NCBI GenBank assembly: GCA_035510735.1 | Contig: DATKGN010000012.1 | Span: 9,013-73,012 of the forward strand | DNA length: 64,000 nucleotides | Reading direction: 5' to 3' | Source of the DNA: Patescibacteria group bacterium | GTDB taxonomy: Bacteria > Patescibacteriota > Microgenomatia > UBA10105 > UBA927 | Shown: positions 29,546 to 37,428 of the stretch, one piece after another | Layout: each line of letters starts with the position of its first letter | Numbering within the stretch: the first letter of the stretch is position 1 | Notes under the pieces: generated by a model | The model's input: the letters and a program-made list of their open reading frames with translations, nothing else | What the model was told of the DNA's origin: nothing | Databases searched by the model: none | Made by a program: the position numbers and the translations under genes

Positions 29546-29594
29546 AAAATATAAGGATAGAGCGTCTATATGTTCTATTTATTATTTTGATTTT

Positions 29595-30257
29595 TTACTC
29601 TGATTCTTGAGCGACAACATTGGCTCTGGGGAAAATTTCGTGAGTTGGTGAGTAGTCATCAGAAATAAAACCAACTTTCAGCATTGAGCGAACAGCATCT
29701 AATTGATTTTTTTCTCCCTGTTCAGCGAGGATCACTGCGGCCTCAATTGCCGCACCAGTAAACCAACCTCCTGCTATTTCCTGCTCTTTATTCGTATTTG
29801 GAATACCTAATGTAATAGCTGTGAATCTTCCCCAAAAATCCCACAGATACCAACGAAACACGTCTGGCGGATTACCATTGTTGATCAAGTTAGGCTTCCG
29901 ATATATAGTGCCGGTTTCTTTGTTGCCGGTTTTAATGAGCTCCATCAGTGCCTGTGTCCAGCGCTGCCGTTCAGGGCGATTGGTGTAAGCAAAGGGGATA
30001 GGAAGTTCGAGGGCATCTTTCGTTGTTAGTATTGTATGAGCCTGGTTAACGGCAGCCAGTCCTTGAGTGTGATTACCTGATTTGAGAAGAAGATTAACTT
30101 TTTGTACTGATTTGCTGAGGGTTGTAATTTCTCGAAAGAGAAGTCCTTCTGTAGAGATAACAGTGCTGATAGCCTCTTGTAGTTGTAAACCCTCATCCGC
30201 GAGGTAGCGTGTAATACCTCGAAAGGTCACCTCAAGTCTTTGTTCCTGCGAAATCAT
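29595..30257 (-). CDS. Hypothetical protein (module 3)
   Basis: 220-aa ORF; TG-n-TATAAT 6 nt before ATG; no family recognised. Confidence 0.7.
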   Translation of the reverse strand: MISQEQRLEVTFRGITRYLADEGLQLQEAISTVISTEGLLFREITTLSKSVQKVNLLLKSGNHTQGLAAVNQAHTILTTKDALELPIPFAYTNRPERQRWTQALMELIKTGNKETGTIYRKPNLINNGNPPDVFRWYLWDFWGRFTAITLGIPNTNKEQEIAGGWFTGAAIEAAVILAEQGEKNQLDAVRSMLKVGFISDDYSPTHEIFPRANVVAQESE

Positions 30258-30342
30258 GGTCGGATTATAGCATGGGGAGCGTCCTTATGATCAATGTTGC
30301 CAATCTATCATTCTGTAATATGATTGATAGTTGGAAAGATAG

Positions 30343-30376
30343 TAGGTTCTAAATTCTTGTTGCCCCGCAACATAGG
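30343..30376 (+). repeat. tRNA-fMet 3'-end-like repeat R3
   Basis: taggttctaaattcttgttgccccgcaacatagg. Confidence 0.85.
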
Positions 30377-30400
30377 TGATTTGGAGCTTATTGTGAGTAT

Positions 30401-31084
30401 TTACAAAGCGTTAACAAGGGCTTTGATCGCTTCTGAAAAGTCAGAAATTTCTATATCTTTATAGATCCAACCAATCTCGTCCATGCCTGTTGCGTACGAA
30501 CATTCGTGATAGCGAGATGGTTTGGTTAAGACGGCGTTGATAGGGTTTTCTCCGACTTGTGTGCCAAATGATTGTAAATAGTCATTCAGGGAATGTATTT
30601 CTTTCGCAATATACTTGGTTTGCGGAGGGCTATTTGAGATTGCAATGATGGTTCCGGAAAAACCCATGAATCGCAGTAATATTGCAAAATGAGTTGCATT
30701 TGGATGATAAAGATCATCTGGCATTACACCGCTTACGGACCAATTGCCTCGGTCTGGTTTTTTTATCGGTTCAAACGCAACCCCGCGCTTTTGTGCAATA
30801 AGTGACAGCATATTTTCTGTTGGCTTCCAATCGCCCCAATTTGTTTCATATTTGTTGTCTAATACCACGACATCGGCCGCGCGGTCCATTAACCCCAACG
30901 CCTTTACCATAAGATCATCCCCGCTGGCTGCGGTGAGTATTTCAGGCTGTGCCAGAGAAGGAGATGCTTGAAGAACGGAGCTCCAAGCTTGACTTGTCCA
31001 AGCAGCGGATCCTTCTTCATCATCTGCAATAACCACCCGTATACTTCCAGGTACCTCGCTTGATTTTAGTGACTCAAAATTCAT
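30401..31084 (-). CDS. Divergent receiver (CheY-like) domain protein (module 4)
   Basis: RVVIADDE...DVVVLD...IIAIS...VLTKP receiver motifs with insertions; ATG at 31084 preferred. Confidence 0.6.
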   Translation of the reverse strand: MNFESLKSSEVPGSIRVVIADDEEGSAAWTSQAWSSVLQASPSLAQPEILTAASGDDLMVKALGLMDRAADVVVLDNKYETNWGDWKPTENMLSLIAQKRGVAFEPIKKPDRGNWSVSGVMPDDLYHPNATHFAILLRFMGFSGTIIAISNSPPQTKYIAKEIHSLNDYLQSFGTQVGENPINAVLTKPSRYHECSYATGMDEIGWIYKDIEISDFSEAIKALVNAL

Positions 31085-31106
31085 AGTTTTGTAATCCCCC
31101 GCAACA
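31084..31106 (+). repeat. Eroded tRNA-fMet 3'-end-like repeat R4
   Basis: tagttttgtaatcccccgcaaca. Confidence 0.55.
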
Positions 31107-31145
31107 AAATTAGTTTGGCTATTTCCAAACAAATGATACGTTATA

Positions 31146-32687
31146 TTATTTTTTCCCCATTGCCTGATAATCGTCAAAAAGCGTACGCGCGATGTCCAGA
31201 TGTGAAAACAGAACGTTATTTTGTTCTCCCGGGTCTTTTTGAATATCGTAGAGCTCAGTAGGGAGCCATTGATTATCCTTTGGGTATAAAAATAATTTCC
31301 AGTTGCCGCGACGCAAGGTTCTATTTAACTCAACATCGCCATCCGCAACGAGGATGCGGTCGGGGAGAGGTGTACCGCCGATTGCAGGCACAAGGCTTAA
31401 TCCCTGATACGTATTGTGGGTTTTTATGCCGACGATATCGAGAATCGTCGGGAGTAAATCGACGGATTGTACGTTTGCATCGATCGTTTTTTTTGCCGTG
31501 TTTGGAATGTACATAATAAGCGGAATTCTGATATTGGAGTCGTAGGTGGTTGCATGTTCTATTTGTCCATGCTCCATAAATTCCTCTCCGTGATCGGCAG
31601 TTATGATGACGATGGTGTTGTCGCGTACTGTTTTGTCCTGCAAAAATGCGAGAAGGTTTGCAATCCGGGATGTGTCCATTTCATGAATCCGCTGATCATA
31701 TAAGGCTCGGAGATAATCAACGTTAGTAGAATTTTTCGTATCAATATGCTCTCTATATAGAATGCTGTAACTGTAATATGCGGAAATCGGTTTAGTATCA
31801 ATGGGATCTTCCATTTGGGCTTTTTGAATGATATTTCGCATCTTGTCGTAGTCTCCGGGATACTTTTTTAAATCGTTAACAAGAGCGGTGAGCGTTTTTG
31901 CTTCTCCAGGGCCAAGATTGTGTTTTTGTACATCATCTGGTATCTGCTGGATAAGAAAATTAATAACATCATTGGTCATTACCCTGAGCTCACTGTGTTT
32001 TGTCGGGATTGTGGGAACGATGGTTTTCGCATAAAGGAACGGGCGGTCATCAATAAGATACGGCGCATGGACGTCATACGTGTGGAGAAATAAAAACGTT
32101 TTTTTTCCGTTTTCAACATTCGTTTTGAAATCAGTAAGGGCGCTGTCCCATGAAATCGTATCCTCGTTATATATTTCATCAATGCCGCGGTTATAGACAG
32201 AGTAGATTGGAAGCGTATTGTCATTGATTCCCATAAGGAACGATGTTGTATAGCCATTGTCTTTCAATATTTGCGGAAGAAACGGAACGCTACGGCTGAG
32301 GTAATTGCTCTCATCAATCACGCCGTGCGTGTACGGATATAATCCCGTGAAAATTGAAACATGGCTCGGAAGCGTCCATGTGGCGTTTGAGTACATATGA
32401 CTGAAGAAGATGCTATTTTTTGCAAGTAGACAAAGATTAGGTGCCGTGTCACGGGAATATCCGTAACAAGGGAGATGGTTGGCGCTTAATGTGTCGAGTG
32501 ATACCAGAATGATATTGCAATGCACACATAGTGGTTTTGGAGCTTGAAAATGGGCCACAATCTGTGTATGAAATCTAATAATGAGGAATAAAAAAAGGAT
32601 TATTTCAACACCAGTGAGTATCCACAAAAATTTTTGGTATTTGCGTGAAAGCCGCATATTTTTTATGCTAGTAGATAATGGGTCCAT
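31146..32687 (-). CDS. Sulfatase-like protein, membrane anchored
   Basis: NIILVSLDTL, WTLPSHVSIFTG, ADHGEEF, ELYDIQKDPGEQNN. Confidence 0.85.
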   Translation of the reverse strand: MDPLSTSIKNMRLSRKYQKFLWILTGVEIILFLFLIIRFHTQIVAHFQAPKPLCVHCNIILVSLDTLSANHLPCYGYSRDTAPNLCLLAKNSIFFSHMYSNATWTLPSHVSIFTGLYPYTHGVIDESNYLSRSVPFLPQILKDNGYTTSFLMGINDNTLPIYSVYNRGIDEIYNEDTISWDSALTDFKTNVENGKKTFLFLHTYDVHAPYLIDDRPFLYAKTIVPTIPTKHSELRVMTNDVINFLIQQIPDDVQKHNLGPGEAKTLTALVNDLKKYPGDYDKMRNIIQKAQMEDPIDTKPISAYYSYSILYREHIDTKNSTNVDYLRALYDQRIHEMDTSRIANLLAFLQDKTVRDNTIVIITADHGEEFMEHGQIEHATTYDSNIRIPLIMYIPNTAKKTIDANVQSVDLLPTILDIVGIKTHNTYQGLSLVPAIGGTPLPDRILVADGDVELNRTLRRGNWKLFLYPKDNQWLPTELYDIQKDPGEQNNVLFSHLDIARTLFDDYQAMGKK

Positions 32688-33316
32688 TTACAATGATAGC
32701 GCGGCGGCTGCTTTTTATTTTCGGTGTCGTTCTGATAATCTTCGTCGGTTACATTCTGATTAAGAATTTGTTTTCCTGTAATGCATATCGGTGTCTCGTG
32801 TTTTCCGGCAAAGGGTCATGGCGTACCCGCGAAGTGTATGAGGAAACACAAACGGCGTGGCGCGGTCTCATTAACGATCCGAGATTTCTTGTACGCCTTG
32901 AAGAAGTGAGGAACGTTGATGCAAAAAGCGCAAACGAACTGACGAAGATTACCGTCATGAAGCTTTTAGGTTTATTTGATTCGGCGCGGTCACCATACCC
33001 GGGGGCAATTACGAATGAAGTTGTGTGTCAGGATGATTTTAAACCGAAAGGCGGCGTATTTACGAACACTGTCGGTGTCGACGTGTCATTTTATACGGGG
33101 TATCTTGACAGCCGTATGCAGTACGGCAGTTGTGTCGAGGATCAGGTAGCCTATCACGGGAGTCTCGGTATATTTTACTGTCCGAATATTCGGGAGTGGT
33201 ATGAAGTGGAACTTATAGCTCCTAAAGGGAAAACCGAGCCTTCGGACTGGTACAAATCATTATTTTATACCGTTCATTGTCGAAATCCCGGCATTTCGTC
33301 CGGTTTGACTTTTTGA
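32678..33316 (+). CDS. Hypothetical membrane-anchored Cys-containing protein
   Basis: N-terminal TM, several Cys; start uncertain (32678 or 32693). Confidence 0.6.
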   Translation: MGPFTMIARRLLFIFGVVLIIFVGYILIKNLFSCNAYRCLVFSGKGSWRTREVYEETQTAWRGLINDPRFLVRLEEVRNVDAKSANELTKITVMKLLGLFDSARSPYPGAITNEVVCQDDFKPKGGVFTNTVGVDVSFYTGYLDSRMQYGSCVEDQVAYHGSLGIFYCPNIREWYEVELIAPKGKTEPSDWYKSLFYTVHCRNPGISSGLTF

Positions 33317-33333
33317 CGTTGAAATGCGATAAT
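33305..33333 (+). promoter_or_regulatory. Sigma70 promoter of the Trp T-box leader
   Basis: TTGACT-17-GATAAT with an extended TG. Confidence 0.65.
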
Positions 33334-33352
33334 CTATTTTAGTTGAATCAAA

Positions 33353-33765
33353 CGCGCTGATCCGGATGGTTGGAACCGGGGAGCGGCACAAAAGTATGTG
33401 ACGGAGGCGAAACCGTAAAAGGCTGCAACATATGTCGCATAAGCGGAGTATGTCATGAATGAGGTTACCTCATTATTTTGACGAACTCCCCGCAAGGGGA
33501 TTTTTTGATGGCTCGTTAACGAATGAATTCGTATTCGTGAGTTTATGAGCCGATCAATCCTCCTAACGTCGCTCCTTGAGCCGCGCTACGAATAGTAGGG
33601 CGGCCCGCAATGCTTCGCAATGCGAGGCGGACGGGTAAAGCGAAAGGGAAGATGGGGAGGGTGTAGGTCAAAGTGAGTTAACGAATCAAGGTGGCACAGT
33701 CCCGGAGTGGGCCCTTGGAGATTTCTTTTGTCGTGGCGGCAAAAGAAGTTTGCAAGGGCTTTTTT
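33353..33765 (+). ncRNA. T-box riboswitch (Trp), ultrashort Stem I, expanded leader
   Basis: gcgctGATCCGG-atggtTGGa-ACCGGGGAGCg Stem I; AGUA/GAA Stem II at 33445-33490; AAUCAAGG-UGGC-ACA T-box from 33684; terminator 33711-33765. Confidence 0.8.
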
Positions 33766-33810
33766 GTGTTTATGCGAGCCTGTTGTTACGTATTTAATAA
33801 GGATAAATAT

Positions 33811-34383
33811 ATGGGAATAGAAGCTGTATCAGCATATTTTAATATCGAAAACCCGAATAGAAGGGGATCACAAGTTATGGGACAAAGAGCGGTTGAATTG
33901 GCGGGGGAGCCGTTTCTGTTGCACGAGGATGTATTTAGCAGTGAGCAGGTAGAACGTATGAAGAAAACATCGTATCACTTAGGTACGGGTCATCGGCAAT
34001 TTTTTGGATTTGACCGATATCCGGAGACGATCATTATGACTGATAACGCGCATAACTGTTTGGCCGGGCTGTGTATGCTCGACAAAGGAATTTTTGTTTT
34101 TCATGATCCGCCAATGAAAATTTCAAGAGCCAAACTGTCACCTCCAAGAGGAAAGATAAAAGAGAAAATAATCGGCGGAGCGCTGGATTATTGGAGGGCG
34201 ACTCAGGCGATGTATGAGCGCGAATGTGGCTCAGGCTTTCAGTATATACAAAAACCTGAAGGTCATAGTGAGAATGTGGATTATAGCTTTGCTTTTGTTA
34301 TTGATATGGCTCAAAGAACGGTGACCTATGGGTATTATTACAACCCAAAAGGAATAAGTGGTGATGGATGGATTTGGGATTAA
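33811..34383 (+). CDS. Hypothetical protein (possible Cys-His hydrolase)
   Basis: IMTDNAHNCLAG...FVFH spacing resembles CheD/CNF1-like deamidases (weak); ATG at 33811 follows an AAGGA RBS. Confidence 0.55.
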   Translation: MGIEAVSAYFNIENPNRRGSQVMGQRAVELAGEPFLLHEDVFSSEQVERMKKTSYHLGTGHRQFFGFDRYPETIIMTDNAHNCLAGLCMLDKGIFVFHDPPMKISRAKLSPPRGKIKEKIIGGALDYWRATQAMYERECGSGFQYIQKPEGHSENVDYSFAFVIDMAQRTVTYGYYYNPKGISGDGWIWD

Positions 34384-34483
34384 TATGAATAGAACCTATT
34401 GGATAAAAACAAAAGGCCGGGAATATTGGCGAAGCAATCCGCTTGTTATTCCTGTATAAATTTAGTTTTTTTTGGAGGATAGT

Positions 34484-35791
34484 ATGAAACAAAATATATT
34501 AGGAAGCCGGGAGCTTCCGGAAACGTATCTCAATCTCCCGTATTATTTGAATAAATATTTGGGCGAGCTCTCTCCCCCGCCGCTTGATCCAAAGACGATG
34601 CAGCCTGTAGGACCGGGAGCGCTTGCGCCGCTTTTCCCGATGGCACTTATCAAACAGGAGGTTTCTCTGGAAAAAGAGATTCCTATCCCGGGCGAAGTAC
34701 GGGAGTTGTACGAGATGTACAGACCAACGCCGCTTATCCGGGCTAAACGGTTGGAGCGACTGCTCGATACGCCCGCGCGTATCTATTTTAAATATGAGGG
34801 GGCGTCACCGGTTGGGAGCCATAAACTCAACACCGCCCTAGCACAAGCGTATTACAACAGGAAGGAAGGAATTCTTGCGCTTACTACCGAGACGGGAGCG
34901 GGTCAATGGGGGAGCGCACTTGCACTTGCCTGTCGGCTGTTCGGTCTCCGATGTCGCGTATTTATGGTACGGGCGTCCTATGATCAAAAGCCGTACCGGC
35001 GGACAGTGATGGAGCTGTACGGCGCGAGAGTCAGTGCAAGCCCGTCAACGGAGACGGAGGCAGGGCGTTCTTTTTTGGCGAAGGATCCTGCAACGTCCGG
35101 GAGCTTAGGGATGGCAATTTCAGAGGCCATTGAGGTAGCCGCATCGCACACCCTCACGCACTATGCGCTAGGAAGCGTCCTTAATCATGTGCTTTTGCAC
35201 CAGACCATTATCGGTCAGGAGGCGAAAAAGCAGCTTGAGAAGGAGGGAGTGTATCCCGACATTGTCATCGGGTGCTGCGGCGGGGGAAGCAATCTCGCGG
35301 GGATCAGTTTTCCCTTTCTTGCGGATAAACTTTCCGGCCATACGAAGCATCTTCGCGTGGTTGCGGTTGAACCGACCGCGTGTCCGAGTCTGACGAAAGG
35401 CGAGTATCGCTACGATTCGGGAGACACGGCAGGGATGACGCCACGTCTTAAGATGTACACGATGGGAAGTGATTTTATGCCGTCACCCATCCATGCCGGA
35501 GGCTTGCGGTATCACGGCGACTCGCCTTTAGTGAGTTTTTTGTACCACAAAAAACTCATTGAAGCCATCGCGTATGACCAGAAAGAGGTGTTTGAGGCTG
35601 CGCGGACGTTCGCCGGGTCTGAAGGAATCATCCCTGCGCCGGAATCGGCGCATGCTATACGTCACGCAATCGTTGAAGCGCGGCGGGCAAAAGAAGAGGG
35701 TAAGAAGAAAACAATCTTATTTAACCTCTCCGGGCACGGGCTTTTGGACCTGGGCGCATATGAAGAGTTTTTGAAAGGAAGGATGAAGTAA
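34484..35791 (+). CDS. trpB: TrpB2-type tryptophan synthase beta-like PLP enzyme
   Basis: [45 protein letters not shown]. Confidence 0.93.
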   Translation: MKQNILGSRELPETYLNLPYYLNKYLGELSPPPLDPKTMQPVGPGALAPLFPMALIKQEVSLEKEIPIPGEVRELYEMYRPTPLIRAKRLERLLDTPARIYFKYEGASPVGSHKLNTALAQAYYNRKEGILALTTETGAGQWGSALALACRLFGLRCRVFMVRASYDQKPYRRTVMELYGARVSASPSTETEAGRSFLAKDPATSGSLGMAISEAIEVAASHTLTHYALGSVLNHVLLHQTIIGQEAKKQLEKEGVYPDIVIGCCGGGSNLAGISFPFLADKLSGHTKHLRVVAVEPTACPSLTKGEYRYDSGDTAGMTPRLKMYTMGSDFMPSPIHAGGLRYHGDSPLVSFLYHKKLIEAIAYDQKEVFEAARTFAGSEGIIPAPESAHAIRHAIVEARRAKEEGKKKTILFNLSGHGLLDLGAYEEFLKGRMK

Positions 35792-35845
35792 TGGAAAGGC
35801 GACGGCCTGTTATTAAATAGGCCGTCGCCACAAACAGGAGTTTAT

Positions 35846-36724
35846 ATGAGTGAAGAAAATTTATTATCTTTGGGAGCAACTCCGGACGATGATATAACAC
35901 CGGAGCGCTATGCTGTGGCAATTGAGCAATTGGAGGAATTCAGCCGTTTAGATCTTTTGGATATTAAATCGTTGGCGGACTTATCAACTGTAACTGCGTT
36001 AGTCAGATCCGCACTACGAGATATTATTGTTTCAGCTGGTGAATTAGATAAATATTCTATATCGGAGGTTTCGGTACCTGACATAGAAGGAAATCCAAGA
36101 ACTGGTATTCTACCAGGGTTCTATAATTACGAACACGAATTTGTTAAAGAACTTATTCACTTATCAATTGAGCAATACGGTGACGACGAACGTCTTATTC
36201 TCATTAAGCTTCAAAAATCCGTTGTAGATTTGCGTACTGATGAACAAGAACGACTGCGGATTCTCAATATTGTAAAAGGTTACGTGCCAGAGTTAATAAA
36301 TGGTATAACAGATGCCCTTCGTGGATTTAGTCCAGGAGGAGATTTAGATCAAACGATTCATACGGCTCTTATGGAAGTAATACAAGAAGCAATGGGTGGA
36401 ACAAGCAAGAAAGAGAGATCAGTCAATGCGAATACAATTATTAACGAAGTTATTAAATATCTCATTCATAGAATTGAAGAAGGACATGGTCCCATGAGGG
36501 AGATGCATGTTAACATGCCGGTTCGAAAGCATTTTGATGAATGTATGCCTGAAGAGCTAAAAGCCGTTGATTGTCTAAACGGTTTAGGTGTCTTCAGTCC
36601 TATAGATGAGCCTGACAATGTGCTAACTCACCAAGCGTTTTTTAGAGTATTTCAGGAGATCGTGAGAGACGTGTTGCCGACATTTCCTAAACCGTTTCAA
36701 GAGAAAAGAGAGGAAGCATTATGA
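35846..36724 (+). CDS. Hypothetical acidic helical protein
   Basis: 292-aa AT-richer ORF, AGGAG RBS, stop overlaps the next gene. Confidence 0.7.
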   Translation: MSEENLLSLGATPDDDITPERYAVAIEQLEEFSRLDLLDIKSLADLSTVTALVRSALRDIIVSAGELDKYSISEVSVPDIEGNPRTGILPGFYNYEHEFVKELIHLSIEQYGDDERLILIKLQKSVVDLRTDEQERLRILNIVKGYVPELINGITDALRGFSPGGDLDQTIHTALMEVIQEAMGGTSKKERSVNANTIINEVIKYLIHRIEEGHGPMREMHVNMPVRKHFDECMPEELKAVDCLNGLGVFSPIDEPDNVLTHQAFFRVFQEIVRDVLPTFPKPFQEKREEAL

Positions 36725-37428
36725 AACAGAACAAACAAATCATTGGTGTGCTTGGCGGCATGGGGCCGCAGGCAAGTTGCGAGTTATATCGATTGCTTAT
36801 TGAAGGGGCAAGACGCAAGTTTGGTGCACGGATGAACGATGAGTACCCGGAAGTACTCATTGATTCGGTTCCGGTTCCTGATGCCTATGCGGATTTGACA
36901 AAAATGGAGGAAGTGGCACGAATGCTCGAAGACCGGATAAGCAGAATGACTCAGTATGGAGCTACATCCATATCAATGGCGTGTAATACCGTTTGTTTAT
37001 TTGCGGATCGGCTGCAGAAGAGGACGCCGCTGCCTGTAATTTCCGTTGTTGATGAAGTGGTGCGTGAAGTATCCAAGCATCATAAAAAGGTTTTATTGCT
37101 TGCTTCCTCAACGTCACTACGGCTCGGGTTATATCAAATTCGGCTTGCACGCGCAGGAATGTCTTATATGGTACCGGAGCCAAAGGAATATGACTTGTTG
37201 GATAGTCTCATTTTAGAAGTACTTGGGGGTCGAGATCGGAAGGATTTAATGGAAAAGTTGGTACATTTGGTTGAGCGACATGTTGCCTGTGAGAATATCG
37301 AAGCAATTGTTTTAGGGTGCACTGAATTGCCGCTTATATTCCCGACGGATAACCGTTTTCCGGTTTACAGTTCGCTTTCCGTACTCGCCGAAAGCTTATT
37401 AAAACGGTATTATAAGGAGGCCATATGA
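36721..37428 (+). CDS. Asp/Glu racemase family (RacX-like)
   Basis: GVLGGMGPQA, ACNT and GCTE catalytic cysteines. Confidence 0.92.
   Translation: MKQNKQIIGVLGGMGPQASCELYRLLIEGARRKFGARMNDEYPEVLIDSVPVPDAYADLTKMEEVARMLEDRISRMTQYGATSISMACNTVCLFADRLQKRTPLPVISVVDEVVREVSKHHKKVLLLASSTSLRLGLYQIRLARAGMSYMVPEPKEYDLLDSLILEVLGGRDRKDLMEKLVHLVERHVACENIEAIVLGCTELPLIFPTDNRFPVYSSLSVLAESLLKRYYKEAI

Noticed and set aside
28397-31106. R1-R4 as a CRISPR array, integron attC sites or dif/pdif sites
   Set aside because: Spacers are 0.7-1.3 kb genes and there are no cas genes. The repeats lack the AAC...GTT order and long hairpin of attC. A TATGTT match to the XerD arm has no conserved XerC arm beside it.
24404-33316. 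Prophage or ICE at the tRNAs
   Set aside because: No structural, replication, conjugation or transposase genes.
33691-33810. N-terminal extension of ORF 33691..34383
   Set aside because: Overlaps the T-box antiterminator and terminator; ATG 33811 has an RBS.
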